DNA of 64,000 bases from Phoronis australis (lineage: Eukaryota > Animalia > Phoronida), in the NCBI GenBank assembly GCA_002633005.1, contig NMRA01000277.1, positions 429,152 through 493,151 on the forward strand, in the 5' to 3' direction. Below, piece by piece: positions 49,042 to 62,020 of the stretch. Every line of letters starts with the position of its first letter. Position 1 is the stretch's first letter. Both the position numbers and the translations under genes were made by a program. A model generated the notes under the pieces. It saw only the letters and a program-made list of their open reading frames with translations, was not told the DNA's origin and ran no database searches.

Positions 49042-50027
49042 ATGGGATCGGAACCGAGTGGCCCTGGTTCATACTTCACCGGCAGCAGTATTTGTGAAGA
49101 CTGGTCCGACTGGATGACCTGTCTTCCCGATTCAACAAGTTTCAGTCCATACCCGGTACACACGACTCCATGGCGTTTTATGGCGGGTATCTTTTTGCTT
49201 GTCAAACCATGAGTCTCATGATGCAACTGGTGGCCGGCATTTGTTTTCTCGACATTCGTTGTCGACACATTTCAAACAGCTTCGCGATCCACCATGGAGT
49301 GAAATATCAAGGGACTAACTTTCACAAGGTTCTGCAGACGTCGTTCGATTTCTTAAATAGAAATCCGTCAGGGGGACTATTCTGATGAGTTTAAACAAGA
49401 ATACATTCCAGCGTCAAACACACAGAGCTTCCAGAAATCCTTTGAGTGGTATATATCCTGCCTCCCGTTCAGTAACGCTAGGACCTCGCTAAAAAGCTCG
49501 CGAGATTACGTGAGATACATATATTACCGTGCATTTGAGAACACGTGACTTTGTCCTAGCGTAGGTCCTAGCGTCTACTGAACGCACGCCTGGTTTGGCT
49601 CGGATAGGTTCTGGTTAAAATCAAGTACTCCAACGCTTGGTTACGTGAGGGAAAAATTGTCATCGTCGACCGTGCAAAAATGAATTACGGTATACCTTGG
49701 TACCACTTATATGTTAAAGATGACTATAAGGTTAAGTCAATACTTCGTCGTGACATTAACAAGAAACGAAATGGTATTCTACGCCATCTCGACAAGGCTC
49801 GCGGTACAGCAGGCTACAAATTCTTCGTCACTTTTTTTAGCGGTTCCAGTGGCGGTACCTATTCATATAGTGTTGCAAAAAGAATCAATGTTCACGTGTA
49901 TCGCTACTCAAAGAAGCAAAGGTAATCTCACGGCCGCCTGGGAATTGTCGTCATCGACTTTCCAGGTTCTTGGATCACTTACGCAATTTTCATGACAAAC
50001 CGCGGTGCTACAAAGGATAGGCCTTAG
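49042..50027 (+). pseudogene. PI-PLC paralog pseudogene with several frameshifts and a MITE insertion
   Basis: MGSEPSGPGSYFTG...SIPGTHDS...FLDIRCRH...IHHG...DFPGSWITYAIFMTN is colinear with the 43575 gene; frameshifts near 49145, 49375, 49650 and 49920; Harbinger MITE 49461-49589 with CTG TSD. Confidence 0.92.
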
Positions 50028-50483
50028 CGATTTCCATCTGCTCAGACATGTTTACTTGCAGTATTTCAGGACGAGACGGGACATCTATGATAGAAGTCAC
50101 AATGAGCTACTTCGGGATTAAATGGTTTACTTTTTCAATTCGGTTGTGCCTTAGGCGGATCTAGGGGGGTCAAGGGGGTTCCGACCCCATTTCCCTTGAA
50201 TTTAGTGATATCAAATCTAGAAATTTCAAATTGTTGACTTGGACCTCATTTTGAAAAATCCTTGATATGACCCCCTTTAAAAATGCTTGATCCGCCCTTG
50301 TGTGCTAACGTTATCATATGGATAACAAGAACACCACCAAGGCGGTGCTAACAATCCTAGGCGTCAGCATCAGGAGAGAGGCAAGCTGGTATTTACTCAT
50401 CCCCCGTTTGGCAGTTCGTTTTGACAGCATCATCAAACCTTCTTTTATAGCAGTGCATATCTCAATTGTGAATTCACGTCTTC

Positions 50484-50921
50484 NNNNNNNNNNNNNNNNN
50501 NNNNNNNNNNNNNNNNNNNNNNNNNNNNNNNNNNNNNNNNNNNNNNNNNNNNNNNNNNNNNNNNNNNNNNNNNNNNNNNNNNNNNNNNNNNNNNNNNNNN
50601 NNNNNNNNNNNNNNNNNNNNNNNNNNNNNNNNNNNNNNNNNNNNNNNNNNNNNNNNNNNNNNNNNNNNNNNNNNNNNNNNNNNNNNNNNNNNNNNNNNNN
50701 NNNNNNNNNNNNNNNNNNNNNNNNNNNNNNNNNNNNNNNNNNNNNNNNNNNNNNNNNNNNNNNNNNNNNNNNNNNNNNNNNNNNNNNNNNNNNNNNNNNN
50801 NNNNNNNNNNNNNNNNNNNNNNNNNNNNNNNNNNNNNNNNNNNNNNNNNNNNNNNNNNNNNNNNNNNNNNNNNNNNNNNNNNNNNNNNNNNNNNNNNNNN
50901 NNNNNNNNNNNNNNNNNNNNN
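50484..50921. other. Assembly gap (N run)
   Basis: 438 Ns. Confidence 1.
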
Positions 50922-51282
50922 GCATATGTTAGTGACATCTGTTGGTTCAAAAAAGAGGCTCATGCCCGAGTACATGCCTGGGAAGAAGCATCTTTTGGAA
51001 GGGTAAACATGTCACGTTCAAAGCATCCCAGTGCCAGTAATATGCAGTCTTTGAGTACCAAAGTGGTGTCATTTTATAGCTAAAGAGTTAATCTTTCAAA
51101 AATAATGCTTGGATTCCAGATAACTTGAACATTTACTTTTGAAATCACGTTTGAAATCACGTTAAAATGCGCTAAAACAGTTGTCCCTTCCTGGTTATCT
51201 CTTCCTGTTATGACTAAGGTAATACAACTTCGTGATTTATTACGAGTAAATGTTTTAATAAAAATAATAATGGCAACGATAT

Positions 51283-51411
51283 AATTGTTATTATTGTTAT
51301 CATTGTCATCATTGTCACCATTATCACCATTACCATCATCATCATCATCATCATTATTATTATTATCATTATTATTATTAAAAGTAGTAGTAGCAGTAGC
51401 AGTGGCAGTAG
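51283..51411. repeat. Compound trinucleotide microsatellite (ATT/ATC/GTA/GCA)
   Basis: Direct inspection; explains the poly-D/N, poly-M/I and poly-S/L ORFs. Confidence 0.9.
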
Positions 51412-52581
51412 AAGGGTGTTCGCGCAATACGGCCGACACCAGCAGTGTGGATCTCGCTGGTCCCCTACGTGCCTAGCCAACACGCAGGTATCACGCAGCG
51501 GCATGCGCTTTAGCATTGGTTGATGTAACCTCAGCAGTCACTGGTTAGCTTTACAGCACCGTGAAAAAATTGCGGACTGCGAACGATTTTTAGCATTGTC
51601 ACGCAAGTGGCTTCGCAGCAACTATTTCGTTTCTGCGGTGATGTTTATAGCCGCGTGCTTGAAGCACGTACATGTACATGTACAATAAACACATATCTGG
51701 CCGATTTAACCGGTGTGTTATTCATACTGTATGAATACAAGACTCTATCGTAAAAAAGTCATCGACAGTAGAAAGATGCATTCCGAAGAGGCACAACCTC
51801 AATTTCTAGGATTCACATTTCCAGAACATAAATTTTCTGAAGCACCGATTTGCCACAGACCTAATTTACACTTCAGTCCATCAGTCATGCCAGCATAGAC
51901 TGTAGAATATCTATTTGTCGCGTAAACCGCTGCCTGTTGAGAATTAGACTAGCCAATCAAAAACGCCGGTGCAAAAAATTCCCAAGGAAAATTAAGTGAT
52001 ACCTGCGTGCTGGCTTCTGAACACCTAGCGGCACGCAGGGAACCAGCGAGCAATGTGGATTAGATTGTCAGAGGACGTCAAATAATTGAAGGTCGAAATT
52101 GAGGATTTCTTTTATTTTTTTTTTCAATACAACTTTAACACTAAACTCGTACGTGAAATATACCAGAATTCACATTTACCCCCCCCCCCCTAAATTTTGA
52201 AAATTTCTTTGCGGACCCAGGCCCAACCCCCGTGAAATACTTCGACTTCAAGGAGCTAAAGGCATCCCGAACCGTTTTTTGCGCATGCCTTCGGAATCAC
52301 CGAAAATTATTGAAAATACTTGAGATAAAAACATGTCAAGACCCGGTCATTAAATCATGACGAGTCTATGAAAACAGACTGCAAGTCCAAACCTTTTGCC
52401 GTAAATGATTTTTGCCATTTATAAACAGGTCATGCAAGAAATTTACTTTTCAATGAATTCGATGCAAGTTGAATTTCAATTTTACTCTTCTCCCCCGAGC
52501 TCCATCTATTGTCAACTGAACACTGGCGGGTTTTCTTAGCCAGGTGTCTCAATAGCGTTAACATGAAAACAACACATAGCC

Positions 52582-52777
52582 ATGAGCTACCAGGATAGCT
52601 ACAGCACTCCGATGGTGACGGGCGATTTACATGTACTCCGGAACGCCTCGGGCATTGAATTCTACGAACGCAATGGAAAATACCCGCGTTCAGAGGAAGA
52701 GCGGTTACGTTCGCTAAATGTTCGCTCTGTTCAGCTTGCACTCTCTAAACACTTGCTACAAAGACCGGGAATACAGG
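52582..52777 (+). CDS. Possible first exon of a small unknown gene
   Basis: ATG-led open frame MSYQDSYSTPMV...QRPGIQ ending at cag-g|gtaaaa; a phase-compatible short exon at about 53189-53261 (GVNGRLWERPSASKNLEK|gtaaca); no homology recognised. Confidence 0.25.
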
Positions 52778-53720
52778 GTAAAATAGTACTGCTTTATTGG
52801 AAAAGGCCTTACAATCACATGATTAAATAGGAATCCACTAACCTAATGAGATTCCCCAACCAATTTCTTGAGACACTCCGGAAATACACATTACCTAGAT
52901 TTCGGAACAAATTGAATGTAAAATTTAACTCAGTCTGCAGAATGGGTAACTACATGCATATCACTGAGATAAGATAAAATCTGGAATTAATTTCTCTAGT
53001 TATGGAATGGTACATCACCATTTAGTAAAATCCCATCTTAAGCCGATCAATTCAATACTACTAGGATATTGCTTAAAACATTTGAAGAAAACATAATACT
53101 CTAAATTTCGCGATCACAAAAGTTCGATAACTCTTTACGAGGTAAACTGCTACAGTAATCGATATCAATGAGTGACCAAAGCTTTAAGGAGTTAATGGAC
53201 GGCTGTGGGAAAGGCCATCAGCTTCGAAGAACCTGGAAAAGGTAACATACTAACCGACAAGTGCGTTTATCTGTCAGAAGAACTAAATGTACATAAGAAA
53301 AATGTGAGTTTTGGGTGAAGTCACCAACACCGAGTCTATTCAAAACTTTTGAATATAACATGCCCGCCAGACTGTCAGAGAAGCCCAAGCTATAGGACAA
53401 CCCTAGAAACTTACAATGGCAATGCAATCTTAGAGTGAGGCAACAGTGTGTGTAGCACACGTGTTCAGTCTCTTCAAATCGATTGGTCTGGCCAACACCC
53501 AAACAATGGACATACATATACTGTTCAGTTGAACTACATATCGTACATTCTGAAGCCGCCCTTAAGCTCTCGCGAGAATCCCACAGAACACAGGTTTAAT
53601 TCCTTTGATTACGAAAATTCCTGGATGGAGAAAGCTTTACATTTCAAGAATGAATAATGTAGACAAACGCTGTCTTCGTAGCCCGAAATGCACGCAAACT
53701 TACAAGGGTTTTGAAAAGTC

Positions 53721-53838
53721 GCATGCGCAGTCTGAATAACTACACTAGATTATGCATTGCTGTCTGTAATGTGATGGGCATGCGCAGTCTTAATAACGAC
53801 ACTAGATTATGCATTGCTGTCTGTAATGTGATGGGCAC
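53721..53838. repeat. Tandem duplication of about 57 bp
   Basis: gcatgcgcagtct.aataac.acactagattatgcattgctgtctgtaatgtgatgg occurs twice. Confidence 0.9.
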
Positions 53839-55539
53839 ACCCGAGCTAGTACAGATGTCACACTCGATATGTACATGTAAGTTCTATTAATATTTTATGG
53901 ATTTTATAGCTCTTCAGATGAAACGGTGAGTAGGGTTCATCATTTAGAATATAACAACTTCAGTGTCATTAATGTTTAAGGTTAAATATTATCATGTTTA
54001 ATACTTCATCACTAATGTACAGCTGTATAGTTTTCAAGAAGCATGACAATTTTTCTTAAATTTCGAAAATTGGAGAACGTTCAAAACAATACTTTGCCGC
54101 TGCTGTTCAAATGTTTTAGTTTTATTTTTCGTTTAATTCAATTTTCAGTTTTAGTCATAACGTTGACAAAGACATGCGACTCAATGGGATTTATTCACGT
54201 TTTGTTTCTGAAAACCACCCCACGACGTATAGTACAGTCTGCTTTTCCATATCCAGCTTATACCACAATACGTTACCACGACCCCTGTCGTGATAAACTT
54301 CTAATGTAAGTGTAAAAATCATAGCCACTTTGTTGCTGGCCATCCAACAGAAAATGAGAAACACCTCTAGAATTTTTTCGATGGCAGTTGGCCTGGCTGT
54401 CATCTCCCACAGTAGTGATTACCACTAGGTGGAGCTGTTGAACAGAGTACCTTGTATATAGGTCTAGTAGGAAAGCGACTACAATATGTACACAACAACC
54501 TGATGAAGTTATTTACTGGTAAGTGCAAAAAGAAATTGACAGAAACTAAAATTCTGTAAAATTACGTAAAAACAGGATTTGCTTGATGTAAAGTGACATA
54601 CAGTTACGCAGGACCTTGCCCTACAGTCTACTTCATTACCCCAGTACCTACAAAAGTATAATTTGAACACAGTTTAAGAGCATCTTCTGAAAGTACAAGC
54701 AGGAAACCTGAAGAATTTGATGTTGGACTTAATAACAATTTGTCAATAATTTAGTCACCTGACCATGTTTTTCAATAAAGTATTGAAAAGAGGAAGGAAC
54801 ATCTTTATCAAAGCACAACTATCAATAACATGACCAAATTCTGTTTGATAAAATCGTTCAAGATTAAATAACAAAAATGCTGTTACACTTTTCTAGATTA
54901 TCATTTCAGTTTCTCTTATAAAAATCATAGAAATGATATTTTTGATAACCCCTTTGCAAAAGCGACACATTTTAAAACAATTCCTTAAAACGTTTGTGAG
55001 AACAATGCATAAAGCACAGTTTACCTGAAAATTTCATATCGATGCGATCGTCCATTTCTGAGATATAATGTTACGAACTTTGCCAAACATGCCCTTTCTT
55101 TAGGGGTTCAACATAACCTAGAGACTGAAATCAGTAATTTGGTCTTACACTGTATGTAACATAAGTCCTTCTAAAAAATTATTAAATCTGACTTTTAGCA
55201 AATATACAAAGATTGTGAGAATGTACCCGTCATTGCTAATTACTGAGACAATTTGTGTAATTATTGTTTTCTAGGGTGTGTACATCAATAACCAAATGTC
55301 TAAACCTTGACACAGAACCTCAACTGGGATCTTAATACAAAATCCTAACCAGAGTCTTCAACAATTTAAATACAACAGACTCTAGTTGACGGAACTTTAC
55401 AGTTCACTGATAAATTGTCTGGTCATCTCCAACACATCATAGAAAGCAATAAGTTTGAGTAAGTAGCAGACAACTGCTATTCAAGGAAATAACATTTCTT
55501 ATATGGGCACAACCTACGACAATATTACCAGAGCTTACA

Positions 55540-56010
55540 CATGGGCAGCGCACCGTAGGGGGCTTGGGGTGTTAAAGGCCCTCCCCCCACTTATTTCAGT
55601 GTTGCGCTGCCCATCGGCATGGGCAGCGCACACCAAAGGGAGCTGGGGGACTACAACCCTCCCTCACACTTATTTTAGTATTGCGCTACCCATTGGCATG
55701 GGCAGCGCACACCAAAGGGAGCTGGGGGACTATAACCCTCCCTCACATTTATTTTAGTGTTGCACTACCCATTGGCATGGGCAGCGCACACCAAAGGGAG
55801 CTGGGGGACTATAACCCTCCCTCACACTTATTTTAGTGTTGCGCTACCCGTCGGTATGGGCGGCGTACACCAAAGGGAACTGGGGGACTACAGCCCTCCC
55901 TCACACTTATTTTTAGTTTTGCGCTACCCGTTGGCATGGGCGGCGTACACAAAAGGGGGCTGGGGGCTATAGCCCCCACATACATGTATTTCAGTGCTGC
56001 ACCACCCATG
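55540..56010. repeat. Six tandem units of about 78 bp derived from a CATGGGC...GCCCATG mini-MITE
   Basis: Units start catgggcagcgcac; monomer or dimer relatives at about 17116-17193 and 22356-22510. Confidence 0.88.
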
Positions 56011-57784
56011 TTACACAGCAGTGCATAAAAGACACTGAACGTACAGTAACACATCACAAATTTAGGACACAGGTGAAATCTTATTTTCCTCAGTTTTTAA
56101 AAAAATGATAATTACCACAAATTAAAGGCTTTATCAGTCTCGAGTCGTACACCATAGATATCATTAGCCAGTGTTTTGAGAAACTGCGAGCACTCCCAAA
56201 ATGTAACAGAAATGAAAATTGACAAATTTTGATCCTTCTTTTTGTCCAAAATTGATGAGCTATCACTGTAGTGTACGATACTGATAAATAAAATAAAAGG
56301 TGACCTGACTGTTACGGTAGATCAACTGCAACAAGTTGTCACAACACTCCACCCACTCAGTTAGAAGTAAGCATAACAATTTTCAAGAAAAACAAAACAC
56401 TATGGAATTCTATGTCGACACATCCTAGGTCAATATTACCAAAGGTTGGCGAGCAAAATACATCAGTACAATTCAAAATCATGATAGGTCAAAAGGTGAC
56501 TAGATTGCTAATGCTAATTCTGGCCAAATTCAGTTTGGTTCATCAATCTATCATCGATCAGCTGGACTTAATGCCAACTAGTAACTGATCTGGAGACTAG
56601 AGTTGCAAACTGACACATCGCGAGACATACTTCAAGTTACTTTAACACCAAGCAAACAGTCAATAGAGAGGTCGAATTTTGACAAAATTTTGCTGGTTTC
56701 AAGTGCAGACTGTTCTGAATCACTGCATGAAGTGGTGAACCATTTACAGAGAATTCAATGCATAGTAATGTCAACGCTTACATTCTGAACAGCACCCTAC
56801 CGGGCCAACCGTAAACATCCACTTATGTCACACACTCGCCTGACTTTGCACACCCAACATAATTTCTGAAATTTAATTTATTTTTTCACATTAGCCTAAG
56901 GTAACTTTGAGTGCTGCCTCTTTATGGAAATGAGCTGTAAGATGGTTTCCCCCTGTAGTAAAATTTTGTTACTAAAATTCACTGCGCAGTATAACAGATT
57001 GCTAAAATGTACATTAAACGTTTGGTACGAGAACCCAAAACCCTAAACAATTTTACTAAGATTATCTTGGAATTTTCTTCTCATATAATTCATTATAATT
57101 CAGAAGCAACCCTTCATTAACACAAACGTCGCTGAAAACATGACTAAACTTTCTGTGGGAAAGTTTCGTAGAGTCGCCTGTAGTGTCGAAACAATCTTCT
57201 TTCTTCAGGTGATCAGCTATGAGGCAAAACACCGTGAGACACGACAAAACACTAGCTATATTTCGAGACTACATGTCTCATCATCAGGCATCATTACACT
57301 TGTGCAGTCTCTTATAATAATTTGTTTGTTTGTTATGTCTTTTGTTTCGACACCATGAGCAACTGTATCAAGTTTTTAAACAAAAAGTATAGTGTCGTAT
57401 TTTCAACGACGTTTATGTAATTTGTTGACAAGATATATCACTTAGTCATTGATTTTTATCAACACAAATCAGAAAAAGACATCCACCGGTAGTTACCGAA
57501 TTTCCCTCAACCTAGCCACATACAGGCACAGCTTGATTTTTATATACTTCACAGCATCCATTACCTCGCCAAAAGTCCGTAGCTCATGTGAGACACTAGC
57601 TGTATGTTTTTTCCTAGTGGCAAGTCAGACTGTATCAGCATAGATCTGCTGCAGTTTCGTCTGAGACACAACTAGCAGTCCCATTGTACATGTACATGTA
57701 CAGCTCCCTCTATGGTGAATCGAGCACCACCAGCACATATCCACTGTGTTATCCAATCAAATTCTTGCTAGAGCAATCACGATA

Positions 57785-57931
57785 TCATGACAAAAGCGCT
57801 GGAAGTCTCGCCGACACAATCTCAGTCCGTCGGCGCGCCACCGCCATGATGTCATCTGACATTTGCTCCACCACCGTATACCTGACATGTTGAAAGCTGA
57901 AGATGTCCTGCAGGAAACCTAACACTTGATC
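57785..57931 (-). CDS. MIGA: Mitoguardin terminal exon
   Basis: DQVLGFLQDIFSFQHVRYTVVEQMSDDIMAVARRRTEIV...-stop matches the MIGA/FAM73 C terminus; ttcag acceptor, phase 0. Confidence 0.9.
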   Translation of the reverse strand, partial: DQVLGFLQDIFSFQHVRYTVVEQMSDDIMAVARRRTEIVSARLPALLS

Positions 57932-58453
57932 CTGAAATGGGCAAAAATGGAAGTGCAAACATGGTGGCCAAGGAAAGGATCATGTAAAACACGAGATAGA
58001 ATACGAATACTTTGAAAAATTGGCATTGAGTGAGAACAAATTTGTCGTTATTGCAAACCCCTTTATTCCTGATATACAGCATTTAGTCATTCTGTTCAAT
58101 TCCCCCCCCCCACATCCCCCGCTCCCCTTTACCAAGATGGCCAACACCTATTTCACAAATGAGAAATTTAAGAAAAATAAAGGGAAATTGACAAGAGGAA
58201 AAAACATTTAAGAAAATGATTATAAAATCAGCAGGGAATATTTTCTTCTGAATTATAAAGAGAAAACACTGAATCAATATATGTGAATTACTTCAAAATA
58301 AACGTGAATGTCTGCAAAGAAAGCCAAATTCAATCACACGTACATGACTTTCTATAACCAGGTTACACAATAATTTCTTTACTAGGGACTCCTTCAATTG
58401 AGCACAAAACATTATTTTCAAAATGCCAAAGCACAACATCCTACTTCACCCAC

Positions 58454-58624
58454 CTTGAAAAACATACAGAGAGTCTTGAGGTCACTATCTGGGCCAAGAA
58501 ATCCCCAGGCCAGCACAGGGGTCACATGTTCCGAGACCGCATAGAAGTGGGCGTTGAAGCCCTCCTGCCATTTTAGCATGCGACGCTTGGCCTTTAGTAC
58601 AGACCAGGCAGCCGTTGACAGAGC
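58454..58624 (-). CDS. MIGA: Mitoguardin exon, one of two identical copies (probable assembly duplicate)
   Basis: ALSTAAWSVLKAKRR...GFNAHFYAVSEHVTPVLAWGFLGP...LCMFFK; identical to 58850-59020, separated by a single N at 58670. Confidence 0.6.
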
Positions 58625-58849
58625 CTGTTGATGGTGGAACGTCACAGTATTAATATTACTTTCCGACAGNAATCAATATATGTGAATTACTTCAAAATAA
58701 ACGTGACTGTCTGCAAAGAAAGTCAAATTCAATCACATGTACATGACATTCTATAACCAGGTTACACAATAATTTCTTTAGGGACCCCATCAATTGAGCA
58801 CAAAACATTATTTTCAAAATGCCAAAGCACAACATCCTACTTCACCCAC

Positions 58850-59020
58850 CTTGAAAAACATACAGAGAGTCTTGAGGTCACTATCTGGGCCAAGAAATCC
58901 CCAGGCCAGCACAGGGGTCACATGTTCCGAGACCGCATAGAAGTGGGCGTTGAAGCCCTCCTGCCATTTTAGCATGCGACGCTTGGCCTTTAGTACAGAC
59001 CAGGCAGCCGTTGACAGAGC
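58850..59020 (-). CDS. MIGA: Mitoguardin exon
   Basis: 57 codons, phase 0-0, with the WSVLK and PVLAWGFLGP signature of MIGA. Confidence 0.9.
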
Positions 59021-60206
59021 CTGTTGATGGTGGAACGTCACAGTATTAATATTACTTTCCGACAGACACGCTCTCCTGGATCCTATGCATTATTAATCTT
59101 AAAGATCCATGCAGCAATAATTACACGTAGGTCAGCTGAAATCCCACAATGGAAATTGAAATACAGCAAGTGGTAGAAATTATCAAATTTCCGATAGTCT
59201 CTAAATTTTGGGACTATAAATAAATTCAAGCCAAAATCGATTTTTTGACTCTGAAGATTTTGGTGTTCATCATATTTCTTAAATATGAGACACTGTCTTT
59301 AGTGAATGTAATATCAGAACCTGAAAATAGACTTGGCAGTCCTTAACATCATAAAGATAACTGCCGAAGCAATGTTTTCACGCGTCCCCATAGTATGTAC
59401 AATCGACGTGAATGTTCAGTCAAGGATAGTGATTTTTGAATTTGGAACAGCCAATTACTTATCTCTAAAATTTGGTAAAAGCTCTGACCATGAGCAAAAC
59501 ATTTTTCAATGTCCCAAATGGAAGAATATTTACCATGATTATACTGACAATGAACTTTCCAGCTGAATCAATAATGAAATTTCATTTGGACCATAATGTT
59601 AGCCTGTGATATTTGGGACACTAAGTCACTAAAAACAAAAAATCAATCCACCACAAAACTACGGTTCTCAACAAAGACACTGCATAAGGCTTTAAAGCCA
59701 GCCTTTGTGGTATAGTGCTAAACAGTTTGAAGTTGGCAATTCTTTTAGCCTATTATCAAATAATTGTCTGATCATTTTACAAATCTCAAAGTAAGGAATC
59801 TGTCTGAAAAGTCTATACCCAAGCGAGACTGACATTGCTGTGGGAAAAGATTTTTTTAAAACACAGGATACATAGCGAGGAAGGATTTTAGATACGCAAT
59901 GCTTTAATCAGAGCCAACTTCTGGTGAAATCAACAAACCAGGGTTTTGTCTCCTATTAGTTACATGTATCACTACATGGAACACACGTCTGGACATTTTG
60001 CCGGCAATCAAATAAACTGTAGTTTTCCTACACTACAATGTACATGTATGAGTCGAGTTTTTGAGAATTACACTTACCCTATAATTTACTATAGAATGAC
60101 AATTTGCAATGTAGCTTAAAACCATCAAATGAAGTGTTCATTCATATGTACAGAATCCATCTCACTTTATGGGTTGATGACAGTCTATGTACTATGGTCC
60201 ACTCAC

Positions 60207-60341
60207 CGTTTCCTTGAACCTGTCAGATAGCCACCTATTCTGAACCACAGCCGTGACTGACGAGGGTGGGTTGGCCAGGTCATCGAAGGCGTCCATTAGA
60301 ATGAAGTCAAGAACGATATCATAAAACGTTAACGCTTTCAC
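60207..60341 (-). CDS. MIGA: Mitoguardin exon
   Basis: VKALTFYDIVLDFILMDAFDDLANPPSSVTAVVQNRWLSDRFKET; ccag acceptor, gtgagt donor. Confidence 0.95.
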
Positions 60342-61426
60342 CTGGTGAGGAAAATAATCATTAAAAGCAATTCCATTTAAGGGGGTAAAGGTAGCATTAA
60401 GTCAAATGACTTTAAGAATTTTAGAGAAAGTGAAAAATGAGGATCATGCATGTTAAGTGTAAACCCCAGGCTTATTTATTTGCGCTGCCATCTTATGTCA
60501 GTTTCAACTCACAACAGATGGCAGCACTTAGTCGTAAACTCTCGTGTATTGAAAGGTTTTTTCTTTTTGTTTAGTCTTTAGTCTCTATAAAATCACAAGT
60601 TTAAGCAAAAGAATGTCTTCATCTCAATAACGTATTTTGCATTTTGCTTTCATTCCCAACCACAATCAACAGGGGCCCTTGATGTCTAATTCTGAGGCCG
60701 TATGATGCACAATTCCCCTCAATAAGCCCAAACATTTGTAAAATAATCAAAGACAAAATTAGAACCAACTATGCTGTTGCGGCCTTACCACTGAGACTGA
60801 AGTACAACATTGTTAGAATTCTGCTTGTTGATGACTGTGTTTCAGCTTATTTCATAATAAGGGTCACTTAAGCGTGGTGACCGCTTCGTGGTGAGTGGCA
60901 AGGTCTTAACTCAAACGAGAATAAGGTTTTATTTGAAATAGTATCAGAATTTCTTTATAACATTAAATCTCTTTGTGTGAGTGGATAGAATTTTATACAT
61001 CTGAATGAAAATGAATTATTTTCATTCGTTGTCATATCTCATTGTATTCTTAACATTAGTTTTTTTTTTTATTTATGCATTTTTCGTATATAATCATTGT
61101 ATATAGACTTCTTTGTATTTTATACCCATGCCTCTTGGCGCTTTCTGGGTTATGTATATTCATTGTATTCTGAAGATTTCGTAATAAACATTAAAAAAAG
61201 TGGAAAGGTTCTCAATGAGAATGTCATAATAAGGGTCACTTGCGTGTGGTGACTGCTTGGTGGTGAGTAGCAGGGTTCCCAATGGGAATGACTTGTGTGT
61301 GGTGACCGCTTGGTGGTGAGTGGCAAGGTTCCCAAGGGAAATGCTGTCCTTGGTAAGAATCCGATTACCACCTGTCAGTGAACAAAGCGTGGTTCACATG
61401 TGTCAGTATCAGCAACCAGAAACGCA

Positions 61427-61611
61427 ATCTGTCTGACAACAAGCCTTACCCCTCTGCCACTCAATCTGTCTGACAACAAGCCTTACCCCTCTGCCACTCA
61501 ATCTGTCTGACAACCAGCATTACCCCTCCGCCACTCAATCTGTCTGACTACCAGCCTTACCCTTCTGCCGACAATCTGTCTGACAAACAGCCTTACCCCT
61601 CTGCCACTCAA
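61427..61611. repeat. Five 36-37 bp tandem repeats spanning a MIGA exon/intron junction
   Basis: Unit caatctgtctgacaacaagccttacccctctgccact; each unit carries a minus-strand GTAAG/GTAAT donor. Confidence 0.92.
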
Positions 61612-61695
61612 TTCATCTTCAATCATGCCCCAGCTTTCTTCTTTTTCAGCAAATTTTATCATGTCGTCGAAAGTACTGTAAAACTCCACCGGGTC
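61597..61695 (-). CDS. MIGA: Mitoguardin exon
   Basis: DPVEFYSTFDDMIKFAEKEESWGMIEDELSGRG; catag acceptor, gtaagg donor, 33 codons. Confidence 0.92.
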
Positions 61696-62020
61696 CTATG
61701 AATGAAATGAAATAAACAATGTATTACAACAGTCCCTCAACAAACTTTTGTCCCATACGTAGAAAACGTGTTGTATCAAAAGTGTTTTTTTGGAAAGATT
61801 GGGATAATTCTGGTTATACCGCCAGAAAACGCACGCATTCATGGATACTTCGCAAGATTATCTAACTTTTTAACATCAGAGTTGTAGCTCACAGCACATC
61901 AGTGAAATCTTCAGTCAGACAAAAGCACAAGCTAGACTCCATCAAATAACACGAAAAATTCAAATGATGTGGAAACAAGACTTAAAATGCTTGGCGGAGA
62001 TCACAAAACAATGGGTAAAT

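Noticed and set aside
50314-51516. Long ORFs around the gap and poly-Asp/Asn, poly-Met and poly-Leu ORFs
   Set aside because: Artifacts of the N run and of trinucleotide microsatellites
55540-56010. CRISPR-like array
   Set aside because: Whole units are repeated with no unique spacers, there are no cas genes, and the context is eukaryotic
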